NCBI GenBank assembly: GCA_043228905.1
Contig: JBHGNT010000005.1
Coordinates: forward strand, 17,732,001-17,796,000
Reading direction: 5' to 3'
DNA from: Azolla caroliniana
Lineage: Eukaryota > Plantae > Polypodiophyta
DNA length: 64,000 bases
Shown here: positions 14,388-29,089 of the stretch, piece by piece
Layout: every line of letters starts with the position of its first letter
Numbering within the stretch: the stretch's first letter is position 1
Notes under the pieces: model-generated
Database searches by the model: none
What the model was told of the DNA's origin: nothing
Seen by the model: the letters and a program-made list of their open reading frames with translations, nothing else
Made by a program: the position numbers and the translations under genes

Positions 14388-14760
14388 TCAGAGTTTCGAA
14401 AAATTGTGTTTCTCCTCATAAACCCCATTTAGGGTTTTGGTTCGAAACCTTCATTAGGTTTCGAGAGATGGGGTTTCGGTTCACTCTCTTCATCCAACCC
14501 TTAGTTAGGGTTTTAATGATGGGTTTTCGTTTCAATCTCCGCAGAGATCCCAATTAGGGTTTTGGTTCAATTTTCTTCATAAAAACCCTAGGTGGGGTTT
14601 CAGACAAGGGGTCTTTTTTATTTCAATCTTCCCAGAGACCCCAATTAGGGTTTTGAGAGATTGTGTTTGGTTCGAATCTCCTCGTAAAAAACCCTAAATC
14701 AGGGTTTTAAGAGCGTTCAGGTGTTGGCTCAAAAGATAACCTAATGGAAACCTAATGGAG
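14370..14760. repeat. Degenerate ~55-60 bp repeats rich in telomere-like AAACCCTAA / TTAGGGTTTT motifs
   Basis: Repeated ctc..ataaaccc..ttagggttttggttc units directly after the IQD stop codon. Confidence 0.7.
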
Positions 14761-14791
14761 GGGGGTTGGGAGGGTTCAATCTCTTGCTAGA

Positions 14792-15632
14792 AACCCACCT
14801 TAATTAATTAAGATTTGATGGGCTGTGGGTTTGCCTCATCAATCTCCTCAGGGAAACCTCGATTAGGGTTTTGGGAGGAGGGGGGGGGGGGGGGGGGGGG
14901 GGTAGAGATTCAGATTTGTAATGGAATCCTTAGCATAAGCATTATTTATTACTACTATAAGCTAAGATCATTAGCTATTAATCCTCATTAATAAAGTAAG
15001 ATCAGTAGCTAATAAGCTAACAAAGAGTATTAGGCTCTAAGGCTAACCGATAACTAAATAGCTATTAATTAAGGTGGGTTCTAACCCACCTTAATTAATT
15101 AAGATTTGATGGGCTGTGGGTTTGCCTCATCAATCTCCTCAGGGAAACCTCGATTAGGGTTTTGGGAGGAGGGGGGGGGGGGGGGTTAGAGATTCAGATT
15201 TGTAATGGAATCCTTAGCATAAGCATTATTTATTACTACTATAAGCTAAGATCATTAGCTATTAATCCTCATTAATAAAGTAAGATCAGTAGCTAATAAG
15301 CTAAAAAAGAGTATTAGGCTCTAAGGCTAACCAATAACTAAATAGCTATTAATTAAGGTGGGTTCTAACCCACCTTAATTAATTAAGATTTGATGGGCTG
15401 TGGGTTTTCCTCATCAATCTCCTCAGGAAACCTCGATTAGGGTTTTGGGAGGAGGGGGGGGGGGGGGTAGAGATTCAGATTTGTAATGGAATCCTTAGCA
15501 TAAGCATTATTTATTACTACTATAAGCTAAGATCATCAGTTATTAATCCTCATTAATAAAGTAAGATCACTAGCTAATTAGCTAACAAAGAGTATTAGGC
15601 TCTAAGGCTAACCAATAACTAAATATCTATTA
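14792..15632. repeat. Three near-identical ~285-290 bp tandem units, each with a long poly-G run, joined by perfect palindromes
   Basis: Units start near 14792, 15083 and 15367; G-runs of about 23, 15 and 14 nt; junction ttaattaaggtgggtt-ct-aacccaccttaattaa. Confidence 0.93.
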
Positions 15633-16759
15633 GCAAAGATCACTAGCTATTATTTATCTTTTTGGTTGTCCAAGTTATAATTAAATAGTTACATTAGACA
15701 TTAGCTAATTCAGCTAATTAACTTATACTCATTGTGAGTTCATTGATTTACATTTAGGCTAGTTAGTTAAGGGGCTATTAGCCAGCCAATAACTAATTAG
15801 CTATTAGCTAAGTAAAGGATAATAAACTAAGACCACGAGCTATTATTTATCTTGTAACTATTAATTTTATAATTAAAAAGGCTAATTAGTGGTTAATTAT
15901 TCATTGTAAGTTTAGTTAAGTCGCTGTTTTTGCTATTGAGCTAAAGCTAACTATAATAGCTCCAACTATTTGTTAGCTAAGAAATAATGATAACTATTAG
16001 GGGCTAACCAATAGTTATTACCTAACTAATTGATAATAAGCTAAGGTTCTTCGTTATTATCTATGTTTTACATAATTGTTAAGAGTTACAATTAAATAGT
16101 TACATTTAGTCATTAATTGTTTAATTAATCGACTATTTATTTTTGAATTTGCTAATTAATTATTTATGAGTGTGTCATGGGTATATATTCAGGCAATCGT
16201 TCCCTTAGATTTTATATGGTGTCCAAAAGAGATGCATTGTCGAATTTGGAGGCAACTTATTGAATGGAATGTGTGTAAACGGAAAGGATTTAGTAAGAAA
16301 GTTTTTCATTCAACAAAATTGATCCTCTTTTTTTAAGTGTCTCTAAAAAGGTTAGGCATACCTTTATTTAATTATGACAAGTCAATCAATATAAGTCTTA
16401 TTAAATATTTGATTTCTCAAACAACGTGGTGGTGTCGGTGGTAGACTTTGTAGAGAATTATAATTCAATGAGCAAAATAAAATTCAATCCATGCATTGGT
16501 TTTCTATGGAGCATTTTACAATTATAATTTATCATAATATTCTAGCTAAACATGCTTTCGTTTCCCCTTTCTTCTTACCTTTGTCACTCACTTTATGCAC
16601 AAAAAAACAATTTGCATCACTCGTCAATCATCCTCTTCGTAAGGATTGTATACAACGTTAAACTCTTCGTTGGTCTCATAAAACTTATGATTGTTCAAGA
16701 CCTTAGGATAAGGAGGTATTTGCCACCTGCAATCAAACATGAATAAATTTAGGTTATGC

Positions 16760-17345
16760 ATTCAAATACATGTAATATATGGGGTTTAAAAGTATCATTG
16801 TTAGCCCTAAAAATATGTTTTACATATTTGATCCTACCCCTAAATATGTATCTATTAAACCCTACTAAGAATATTAATCAGTACTTGGTCGTGCGAATGC
16901 ATGTAATATATATGGCTTAAATGTATGTTTTGCATAGTTAATTGTAGCCCTAAGTGTATGTTAACCCTACTCAGAATATTAATCAAATTTGGTAGGTTCT
17001 TACTTGGTTTATTACAAATTCATAGAATATACAAGGCTTAAATGTATGTATGCTAACACTAAAAACACATGCATCATATCTTATTCTACCCTAAATGAAT
17101 CTATGTTAACCCTACTTTGAATCTTAATCAAATTTGGTATGTTTTGACCTAGTCGACTATGAATGCATGTAATATATAAGGCTTAAAAGAGTGTATGTTA
17201 ACCCTAAATGTATATATTGGCATATTTGATTCTACATATAATATCTCACGCTTAAATGTATGCTTGTTAACCCTAAATATATGTCAAATTATAAATGTAT
17301 GCATATCTGATTCTAACCTTAAATCATTGTTTCTTAGCTCTAATC
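16760..17345. repeat. AT-rich degenerate minisatellite (taaatgtatg..ttaacccta motifs)
   Basis: Recurring accctaaa, aatgtatg and catgtaatata motifs. Confidence 0.6.
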
Positions 17346-19809
17346 AAAGTCATACTTAAATCTTAGTCAATGATTGTGACTTTCGTAACATTCTTGTCAA
17401 TTGTATCAGGCTCCAGCAACATTGCCCTAATAATAAAACACAACTTGTGAGTAGTTAATTTTAAAAAAAGCAAAAAAAACAATTCCAATGATAACTAGCA
17501 TGAAGACATGATGACGTCCTCCTATAATCTACAACAAGGGAGTCTATTGATTTTTGTATTTTCCTATTGTTGTTGGGAAACCTTAATACACTCATTTGAG
17601 CAATGCTCCACATGCAAACTTTGAATACCAATACTAAGGATGATGAGGGTGAGTATTGACATTAAAGGACCTAATATAAATGGATAGAACCCCATGTTGC
17701 ACTATGTGTGTGGCACATCCAAATATTTGGGCATTTCCTAATTTTGAAGTTTTTATCAAATGATACATATGTACCTTGAAAACCCATCCACTAAAGAAAT
17801 GACTAAAACAATAGCTAATAAGCTATTAACTTCTTGGCTACATGTTAGCTATAATTGTGTTTCCATTCTCATGCTTTTACTATGTTGCAAAATAGTAAAG
17901 TTGTTTTGAGTAGATAAGCTAATGGAGGTATCTCTTTATGTTGTGCCTTTTCAGGATGCACTTGTTGCAAATCTTCAATCAATCTCCGGTTCTCTTGATC
18001 TAATGCCATAAGCTTGTTGCGAGGCTCCCTCCCCTTTACATAACATGAATATATTCTTGCTTGTTAAACCGCTATTGACACTGGATGTGTCTTGGTCAGC
18101 TATTGTGTGATGATATGCCGACTTATGCGAAATAATATGGATCTTGTTTAATGGAGTGGGCAAACAAAACACAAGTAGAATAAGATTGCACAATTATAGA
18201 TAGAGAACCTTTGGTTTTGGAGACCATTGTTCTACCATTGGAGCTTAAGAAGACAATTAGTTGGAGCTTAAGAAGATTGTTGCATTAGAATCCTGCCGAA
18301 CTACTTTACAAGGCTGAGTTCCTCATATTTATAGTTAGGTTAACTAAGCCTTAACTTTGAGGACGAGTTCACACTAAGAATACAATTTCCGGTAGAGTGG
18401 GACTTTTAGCCCAAAACCACTTCATAGTTATGGAAAACATTGGTAAGATTCTTAGAAGACAAGGTTGAAGAAGAAGACAACGAATTTAGTTCAACATGTC
18501 ATGGGAAGTAGGAATTGGATGCTATAACTCCAATCGTTTTACAACATTGTGAACTACCCTAAATATAAAATGCCTTTAATCCTATGTATGGTTGCTAATT
18601 AACCATGATGTTGCTTGCCACCTAGCTATCATGCATGTTTGCCATATCGCAATCATGTCGTGTATTATAATAAGTATAGTGATATTGCAAAATGTTATAG
18701 TAATGTGAAAATCTATAATGTTGCATGTATACGTGAAACAATCCTATTTGTTAAGTTTTATGGTCTACCTTGAGGATGTCATGAGTTTAGGTTTTCATCA
18801 AAATGTATTATATTTTATATGATTACTACACAATGCTTGTATGCCCTCTTCCTATTCTCATCATACCATGAACTTAACTTTGTTTGTATCACACATCTAA
18901 ATAACATCTCTATAAGAGAAACAAACATTACTATCCTATAATTATTGCAATTATTTATATCTCATCATTTATATAGAGATATGTGGCATGAAAGACAATA
19001 ACCTCTCCCTTATCTTTAAAATAAGCAATGTTACCTTCAAATTGACAAAAGCAACGTTCAAAATCATATGATTAGGAATGTAGCATGTAACTAGATTAGT
19101 TAGAAGTTAATTTATTGTCATTATTTTCAGCAATACGTAGCATTATGCTCCTTGTCTTTGATGTAAGAAACATAATTCAACTCAAACGTGTCACTCTTTT
19201 AATGGGGAATGAGATAGTTAGATCAACAAAGTGCATTGAAACAAATGGGCTAAATTATGTCCTATGACGAGCATTGACCTATTTGAGATGAGAACCCCCT
19301 TTTTATACATCATGTATGTTTAGTGCATGAACTATGCATGCCACCTCAAGCTCACATTTCAAGACTCCCCAACCTCATAATAGACTTCAAGCTACAAGCT
19401 TACAATCTATAACATTGGAATCCATCACTCCCAATGACCATGACACTCATATTTGATGATAGAAACATCATGTTCCAATCTTCTCTTGATAAAAAACTCA
19501 AGACCTAAATGGTGCTTACCACCACCAATCACATAACTTGGTTAAGGAGTGGTGGAGTGTTCATACTATTTATCCTTGAGGGATGGGACCTAAGGAAAAA
19601 TGCACCAGATCAATGGTAGCTTGATGGTAGGTCAGTTTTTATTGTAATAATTGTTCATAAGTAATGAAAGGATATTTTTCCAGGAAAAAATAAATAAATA
19701 AATAAATATATATATATATATATGCCACCGCTCAAATAGGAATGTCAATTGGTGTCACTATTTTTAGACACGTTTACATTTATGCTCATAATACTTGACA
19801 ATAGAAACA

Positions 19810-21650
19810 TTATCTTCCAATTCCCTCACAATCAAACATATCACACTTCAATAGGAATGTTGCATAGTGTGATTTCATGCATAAGCATTCCTCATCTTTG
19901 AAACTTGTACAAAATTTATCTTTGTCATCTTCAATGATAGAAATATAATCTTTTAATCCCCTCTTCACCAAATATGTCATCCTTGTCCTCTTTATTTCCT
20001 TGGATTTTTCTATATACCAAAGAGTGTGCATCATATTTATTCATACCTTGAATCCTCGAAGCCTCAAGCTAGTTTCAACAAGTATAACATCTTATTCATT
20101 TGTGAAATCATTTATGAAAATTCTACATTCCATAGTGTCCATCACAATTCCAAAAACATAGATTCATAGAAGGTTCAGAACTAACCCTACAATCAATCAC
20201 AAGTCACTCCTTTTTGAAGTACGTTGCAAATATTTTGTTGCATAAAAGTGTAATCTTCACATAAATCCACGCATACCTTGAGATGGTTAATCCAAGTTTT
20301 GTTAAGAATGACCACCCTTTTCCTTGTAATTGCTCATAGTGCATACATAATCCTCATAGGTCAATTACAACTTCTGCAATGAAAATGAAATATTTTTGCT
20401 TGATATGTATGAGTTGATTAGTGATTCATGATGTTCAAGAATATTGCTAATGGTAGTTCCAATTGAGGGTGAACATTTTCACTATGAGAGGAATATGTGT
20501 GGGAATGGATCTAGATTGACAATATTGGAAACGAAACTCAAATATGTTCGAAGGTAGAGCATTGTTGTGTGATACTAAAAGTCACAAACTTCTTTGGAGA
20601 AAAATATGCAATCAATGACTATCCTTACCTATGTCCCAATACCTCATCTCATATAAAAGAGAACATGAGGTCAATTGAATGGCGTGGTGCAAGTTGTAGA
20701 CAATGGGATGGGCTTTAGGAAGTGTGTAAGCTTGGCTTATTTGTTCAGAGAAGAACATGGTTTTGTAGGTTAATGCAACATGTGTAATACATGTATGAAA
20801 TATAGTTTTCCTTAGTCACAATACATTAGCGTTGCAATTAATTACCATTTATAGAAAGAAAGATATATTAATGACCTATAAGACCAAACAAGAGATTACA
20901 TCTTGTGTTGTCTTGTCTTTGAGATCAACAAATCAAAATAAAATAAATGTTACTAATTAAACATAAAAGTAAATAAGATACAAAAACACTAAAGAATCTT
21001 GTTATCAACACATGTAAGATGCTCAAGTCAACTATATCGTAACTTTTGTCTTCTAAAGATCTCTAGCATAGGTCGATCCAAAATGGAGAGGTCTCCGAAG
21101 TGAGGGACACACCTACAATGGCGAGAGATAATGACCTTTATTTGTTGATGACAAGGGTGGTGAGATCGTGGTCTTGGGATTGGGGCCTACATGCACGACA
21201 AATTACTATTACCCAATCTATTGTAACCCCTTTGTCATGTCTTGGTTGAGAGGCCATTTTGTGTAGCCCATTACCTTGTGTAGTGAACCAAAGCCTTGTT
21301 TAAAGAGGCAATGGTATCTCCCTCTTATTTCATAGAAGACACTACAGTTACAAACATAATGTTCTTCGTATTCCACTCCTTGATGACACAATAGGATAGA
21401 TGTATGTCCATATAAGGTGACTCGATGATGAATCTTTTCACTGACGTCACTGTTTGTAAAAAGTATGTTTTGTAGTGTGACATCTTTGTAAGGCATCATA
21501 AAGCAATCATAATATATTCCATGTTCTAGACTATATATCTTGCATTCATCGTAAATTTCGTTGTGCATCTTTTATTATATTTGAGACAAAAATTAGGTGT
21601 TCATAAATGATCCATCCAAATCAATATTGGTTAAAGTAGTGAATTTATGG
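19810..21650 (-). mobile_element. Very decayed copia integrase/RT relic
   Basis: EIYDECKIYSLEHGIYY resembles integrase GGEYxxxxFxxFCxEHGI; faint RT traces near 19810-20350. Confidence 0.35.
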
Positions 21651-21799
21651 AACCTTTAAATTTTAACGTAAGTTTTTGGATATGACACCTTTAATGAGCA
21701 ATTGATATTAATGGTGTCAAGATGCATAATAGTACAGAAAGACTATACAAATTGCAACACAATAATTGTGGTCATCACATACCAAGGGAAAGTCGTGTT

Positions 21800-22392
21800 T
21801 TTCTCGAAGAGACGGATGGATATGCTTGATGATGGTCCATCAAATGGATTGAATGTGGCTAGAAAGTTGACATGGCAAATGGATATGCTTGACAATAATT
21901 GTGGTCATGACATATCAAGGGAAACTCATGGTTTTCTCGAAGAGATGGATGGATATGCTTGATGATGGTTCATCAAATGGATTGAAAGTGGCTAGAAAGT
22001 TGACATGGCAAATGGTAGTGACATACAAGAAAACTATCATACACTCAAAGAGACGCAATTGAATCAATTGATAGTCAAAATTCATGTGCAAATGAAGATT
22101 CAAGTCTTCAAATCACCTAAAAGCTAATGTTGTAACGATGGGTACACCATACTTTTTGGACAAGTTTGGGGTAAGAATGCTAGTTAGGTTGGGGACTCAT
22201 CAGTTCATGTATAGCAACATGAAAGGACATGGTGACATAGATCTCATACAAACTTCTTTCTTCTACCTCATCTTCTTGGGTTTGATGTCAGGTCCATGAA
22301 TGCAAATGAAAGGACATGGTGACATAGATCTCATACAAACTTCTTTCTTCTATCTCATCTTCTTGGGTTTGATGTCAGGTCCATGAATGCAA
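21800..22392. repeat. Two local tandem duplications (~130 bp and ~87 bp)
   Basis: ttttctcgaagaga..gctagaaagttgacatggcaaatgg occurs twice; atgaaaggacatggtgacatagatctc..ccatgaatgcaa occurs twice. Confidence 0.85.
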
Positions 22393-23473
22393 GTGACCAT
22401 GAAAACATAGGCTAGATAGACTACTACTCTCTAATCCAACCAATCCCTGGAGACAATTAGACCCATTAGTGCCCCATCCATAAAGACAGAAGCATTGTCT
22501 TGAGAAGGGGAAACACTACCATTGTAATCAAGTGAACTATCAAGTAGGGTGTGCATAGATAGGAGTAGGTCATCATATATACAACCATTCCAAGATCATT
22601 GTGTCCAAACCATGGCTATTCACAATAAATGCCTAACAAGGCCTTTTTCTAGCCTTAGGAACCTACTACTAATGTGTGTGCAGATAAGAGTTGTGACTCC
22701 ATATTCATATAGCTCACCACCATGGAACAGCCTCGTCGTCATCCACGCTTGGATACGTCAATCTCTGCCTATTGTCTCCTAATGGTTTTGCATTTGCTCA
22801 TAAGATCTATCTTACCAGAAATAAAGGTGGAGGGTTAGAATCGGTCAATCTCTGCCTATCGTCTCCTAATGGTTTTGCATGTGCTCATAAGAAGAAGGAT
22901 TCTAACACCTAGCAAAAGGAGAAGATATTATTGTGATCTGGGAGATGCCTTACTAGCTGCGGGTATCGGTTCTTTCCTACTTTTATTTTTCCAGTTGGTG
23001 CGCTCATCCTCAAAAGATCACTGATCGGACGATCGCAATACACCATTCTGTTTACGAAATTTCCATTGGCGTGAGAGGGGTTCGGACACCGTTTTCATTT
23101 GTACATGGGGATAAATTGAAGGATTCTAAATCAATCACCTGACGGTTAACGTTTTTTGAGTTTGGATGATTATTGGCCATGTGATCTCTTCAAAGTACTC
23201 TAGTAGCCCTAAACCCGGGTCAAAAAATAAAACAAAAGTGAAAGTGGATATACCTTGACCATGGTCCATCACAATGTTTGTAACCTTCCATTACCATTAA
23301 TGTATAATGTATATACATAGAGAGAGAGAGAGAGGTATTCATCTTTACATATCATGACACAGTAAATGATCAGTCAATTACCCTTTTAGCTACCCAGGTA
23401 AGGTCTGAGCACCTATCCTCCATATCAAAATGCTCTTATTAATCAAACAGAAGAGCACATCCACGCCTTTCAA

Positions 23474-26400
23474 TCACTTGGTTTGAAATATGTTTTGTAT
23501 CATACCACTAGAAATGCTGGCAGCAGCTGATTCAAGTTCTAACACCTCCACATTACTAAGTCTCCAGCCAAGTGCTCCTAGATTTTCCTCTGCTTGGCGG
23601 AGGTTTTTCACACCAGGAATTGGTATGGTTCCTTTACATATGCACCAATTTATTGCGACCTGAACCCCCAATATAATTTAAGTTAAATTTTATCTTTTGA
23701 AACCATGTATAGACATCTTAATACCTGTGAAGCAGTTTTGCGTCTTCGTTGGGATATTGTTGTCAACGTTTGTGTAAGTGGATCTAATCCTGGCAAGACT
23801 TGCCTGAAAAGTGCTCCACTGAAGAAGATAGTGGATTGAAGTAAGCAATATATTCCAGTGTATATCTTCCGTATAAAAAGAGTTTAACGTTAATAATATT
23901 CCATTTTACCATAAGCACAACTAAAAATGCATTAGCACAAAAGGCCTAGTTGCTAGAATCAATACAATTTATAAGGAGAACACGAATCATGAGGTGCAAA
24001 AGGGATAAAAAAATCCAATGCCAGCCCAATTAATCTCTTTGGCACCCAGATTCAACAGTAGATATGAGGACCCTCTGAATCACGTAAAACGTTCCACAGC
24101 ATTCTGATCAGCTGGGTTGTGTAGTATCTTACCAGTAACAGGAGAAAAGTGCTTGACATTGGATGTTAAGACAAGATTGATGGTATCAGAGAGATACTAT
24201 TCTGTAATTGACCAATGCTGCTCCTGTGGTAAAAAGGGGCAATGGGATAGACAATTCTCTCAAGAGAAATCTAGCAAGGGAACCAAACAAGTAGAAAGAC
24301 AATGAAGGTGAGTAAGATAGGCAATATAGATAAACCTCACCAGAAATGCTAGAGAAAAGGAGAATTAAGAAGAGGGGAACAAAGATTGGAAGCAATAATT
24401 TGAGAGAAAAATGTTCATTCAATCCTCTAACATAAAAGAGTGACTTGAAATTGCACCAGAATCTTCTAGACCATGCAACGTCAAGCTATTCATCAGTTTT
24501 TCACAGTCGAACCATTCAAATGGAGAGTTTGGGTGATATTCAAGAACATTATATGAATCTGATTGAACAAAACAGAGTAGATAAAAAGTTCCCGCAAAAA
24601 ACAGGAAAGCACAACCTCGGAAAAAAAAGGCAGCATTGTGGAAAGCCACACTGGGAATTGATCAATACCTGAAGAATTAGAGAAAAGAGAGAAAGTTCCT
24701 GAAATCCAGACTGACAAGACTAGAAGAAATGGAGAAACGGGAACATGACCCTTCAGAATCTCCATAATCAATACTGGTGACAGGTCTAAGAAACCAGACT
24801 ATAGCTCCCAAGAAACAGCACTGGAACCTAGAGAGTATTAATGGTATAGAACAGTCATAACGATTAGTTCATGTCATTGAACATCATTGACACAGATGAG
24901 TATCTAAATAAGATCACGGAACCCTGCTTGGCCGTGATTCAATTCCTTAGTAGATTCAAATGTGATCATTAAATTTTAGTAGCATGTTTTTACATATCTA
25001 AATTACGTGTTACACAACACTTTCAGCCTTTGCAAAATCCCCATAGATTGTCTTGCAGGTCTACAAATCTTAAGACACCCTCAGAAATATATCTCAAAGT
25101 TTGCTGCCTTCAACTTGTGGGATACAGTTGAAAAAAATCAATATGAAGCTTTTGGACAATGGCATTCAATTTTCTAGGTGATGCTCAAAATAAATCAGCT
25201 AAAATTAGTTTGTTTCCCAACAGCATAGAACATACCGAGGACCAGTAGGAACGCTTGTTGGAGAATACTTCCCTGTCAGCATGCCAAGACCAAGAGGACT
25301 GTAAGCTATCAGCTTTACCCCTAAACTATCGCAAAGAGCCTTTAGTTTTGTTTGCTCTGGCCCATAACTTATAAGAGAAAACTGCACCTGCCCAATGAAC
25401 ATTTTACAATAAATAAGATAACCAAACACTGCAACTATATTACATCATCATCACATAGATCATGATTTCTGATTCTACACCTGAGCCGTGCTTAGAGGTA
25501 CTCCTCTTTTCTCAAGATAAGCATGCACTCGTTCAAGTTGTTGTGGCCCATAATTGCTGACTCCTACTGCCTTCACAAGACCCTGCACCAAGTTTTTCTT
25601 TTTTGTAAGTTTCATAGTCCACTTGAGTTGCAAAAAGTGGAAAATAATACATTGAACATACAACTATTCATCGTTGCATTTTGGGAATCAGAAGATCTAT
25701 GTTACATTCATGTGGTGTTAAATATTTATCCAGCATACAGTTACGAGGGAAGTGACAAAAAGTATGTGCTTGTATCGTAATTTCTAAAACTGCTATCATC
25801 CACAATCAATGTACAAATCCATAAAATCACAACATTAAGGAATACCATAATTTCAAACTTGACAAAACAAACAGAACATATAAGGTTTGACACAAAATTA
25901 GAATTGGTAATCCTGTATTGAGGAAATATACCAGAACCTCCTAACTTACATAATGTCCTTCTGAAATGGCATAATGATGCAATCAGTAGATTCTTGATTT
26001 AGTTTTTCGTCATTTCTAATTTTAAGCTAAATTATCAGCGAAAAAGGCACTGTTAACAAACTTCAATTTTCTCCAATCTATTTATATCGTAATTCTTCTT
26101 AAAAAAAAATTGCCCCCAATTCAGCTAGAAATGTGGCTTTACCAGTGGCAACTCTGCAATACCAGTGGGAACCCCCATCATGCTCAAGTCTCACACTGCA
26201 ATTCTTCCTAAAGATTGTGCAGAGGAAACTCCTATAGCAACTTGCAAGTTCTGTAAATTTTGCAAATCTTCTTTTATTCCTTGAAATCGGCATTATTTTA
26301 TTTCATCATAGTGTAGTCTTTTTTTTACAGTCTAATGTGTATCTCATAATAGAAATTTATACTGTAACTGTTAGGTTTCAAATGCTATTCTGCCCACCCT

Positions 26401-29089
26401 TTAGAGATATTAATATCAACTTTATTGGTTCTTTCTTTCCTTTGTGATTGCCTTTCCCAAAATTTAAATGATGCCTTTGTATAGTCATATCTATGTCTAG
26501 ATGAAAGGTATGGAAGCTAATTGAGGTTTGAATTGGGAACTTTTGCCAAGAAATAAAACGTCTAGAGAGCACTAACTTCTACCATGCTACTGCGCCTTGA
26601 TCACAAAAATTACAGCTTCTATCAATTGTTGTTTGATAAGATATTAAAGTTTCTGATCTGTTGTTCTTAACAGAAATTCGGGTTTCTGGTTTGCTTTTTG
26701 CTAATGAGAATTTGCTTCCTAAAATTCCTAGTGTTCGATTTTGGTTGTAATAATAAAGAAACACCTACAGGGACAGGGTGGTGGCCATTCAGTATATATT
26801 GCCAAACCGTCTAAAATCTTACTCTCCTCTCAAGCATACTTCAATCATTTTTTATTGGGTGAGAGCTAGTTAGGGTAAAGATGTTAATAACTGCCCTTGA
26901 AGACTGTTCACATCGGTCTCAGCTATATCTCTCTATCTTTGAACATTCAAGAACACTATTGAAGGCTTATCAAATTCATATATGAAGTTTCAACTACCTC
27001 ATTGTACATAGCAGCAAGTCCATCCCAAAGAACTTTTTCTTGTAAAGGTGCATAGTTTGCTGTGGACCAATGTAGCTGCCCTATTGCAAGCTGCTCACAC
27101 TCAAGACGCCTCAATGAATCTCTATATGCAAAATCATTAACAAAACGTACAACATTTTTAAAGATGGTGTTCAAGTTTATTTTTCCACATCCAAATCCAT
27201 TGTTAAAAGGTGAAGCTTCAAGGATGAAAAATTTCTTGTAGCTCACTTGCAAGCAAGAACAAGCTGTCCTGGTGTAATGCGCCAGGGATATGCTGCAAAT
27301 TTTGTTGCAATGTTGATTTTTCTCCGTAATCTCTCAGGACCTATGCCATCATGTATATTTCAAAGAACAGTATATTTGTAATATCAGTTGTTTCTAGTAT
27401 CTTCTCAACACATATGGTCTTTAGTAACGGTTAAATGTTTTACATAAATACAATAAAGACCATAAAAAGGTCATTGAGAGGGACAAAAATTAGACAATCG
27501 ACTGCTGGGGTTAACAATGAATATAAATTCAACAAAGAGGTTCCCAAAACATGAGAGGGAGCAATGTTGGCTTCATCCATCGATGCATATTGAAACCCGG
27601 AAAGTAATGCATATAATTGGACTTTCAGTAATACAAAAAAACTCGCAGGTGCAAAATGCACTGATCAGCAGTCTTTTCTGGCTGGATAGAGTCAAGCATG
27701 TTGGTTATCTCATGGCGTCATACAATGCATCTGCCTAGGTGATTCTCTAAGACGTTAAATTATTGAAGTATCAAGTTTACCCTTGTTTAGGATGGATGCA
27801 AATGCCACTGAAAATTTGAAAACCTAGAGTGCGTGTAAATACCCCTAGGATGACTCTAGATCCAATCAGAAGTACAACGGTCGTTATGTCTTTAAAACAA
27901 GTAAGACAATGTGAAAATTCTATGAGAAAAAAAAACCTGCCGCAAAAACTTCATTGCTGTATATAGAAAGTAGATTATAAGAAAGGAAGCAAATACCTGG
28001 AAAACTACGAATGAAGCGTCCCAAAAGTAATTCACTTCGTCCATTCAATCGACCAGTTCCATAGGAATCTGCAGTGTCAAAAAAATTTACACCTGAATTG
28101 ACGGCAAGATTGAAAACTTCTTGCAACTCTTGATCCATTGTTTCATCATATCCCCACAAGAATTTGTTGCCCCATGCCCAAGTACCAAGCCCCATAGGGG
28201 AAACAGTCAAGGGGCCTACATTGACCTGACAAAGTAAAAGAGCAATCTTAAATTAATCATTAAAGAGTCTATATCAGCAAAAGTAGTACATGAGTGCGAG
28301 TTAAAATGGAATGGAGCATGTAAGCTAGATATCACACTATACATTTCCCGTATCAAACTTAACTTTTACCTATGTGGAGCAATGAGAAGTATTTATATGG
28401 AGTAAGCATACAGATACAGATAAATGTAATGCATTCTCCCTAAAATGTCTGAGCTTGTTTGTGTTGAGCTAAACGTTGATGCATAAAAGAAAACCAGGAA
28501 GGTAAGTGCTATACAAAGGTCTCATAGATCATTTCCATGCCTAAAACCCACATCCTATCATAATTGCAGGAGACAACATCAATTGAAACACCTAATACTT
28601 AAAATGTGTGTATCTATGTACCTATCTGTCTACATATCTAGCCATATATATATATATGCATCCACCTAAGTGTGTATGTATGCATCGACCTATGCACTGT
28701 GTGTATGTAGACATTATTACATAGTACATGATACGCATTCTGATGGGTCTTCACCCCTTTCGATCCTCAAAAGAAGAGAAAGAGACGAGATCCTTACTCT
28801 CTCATACAAAAACACACCCAAAAGTTTTCATACGACTGATGATCAGAACATCCTTCTGAATCTACAATGCTATTGGAGGGGGGGGGGAACAAAAAAAAAA
28901 AAACTGCAGCTAACAAGGACTAAAGCTACAGTGAAAAGCAGCGAGGAAAAGAACAGAAAGGCAGTATTAACGAAGGAGGAGGGAAGTAGGGGATGGAGGA
29001 GGTACAGTTTGCCATGGCCAGTACGCAGGTATGAATCGCTGGAAAGATGATGAAGGGAAGGAGGAGAAGGCGAGAACAGGGGCAGCCAT
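23474..29089 (-). CDS. PLR1: Pyridoxal reductase (aldo-keto reductase), 354 aa; exons 29089-29006, 28225-27997, 27340-27247, 27121-26998, 25582-25481, 25387-25236, 23818-23725, 23659-23474
   Basis: YWPWQT^[102 protein letters not shown] and C-terminal QNIFQTK match plant PLR1 as I recall it. The exons sum to 1065 nt in frame with GT-AG introns. Confidence 0.92.

Noticed and set aside
14380-14760. True telomere or chromosome fusion site
   Set aside because: Motifs are isolated within longer units, not tandem TTTAGGG arrays.
24186-24771. ORFs inside PLR1 intron 6
   Set aside because: No recognisable domain and PLR1 is complete without them; possibly a decayed LINE fragment.
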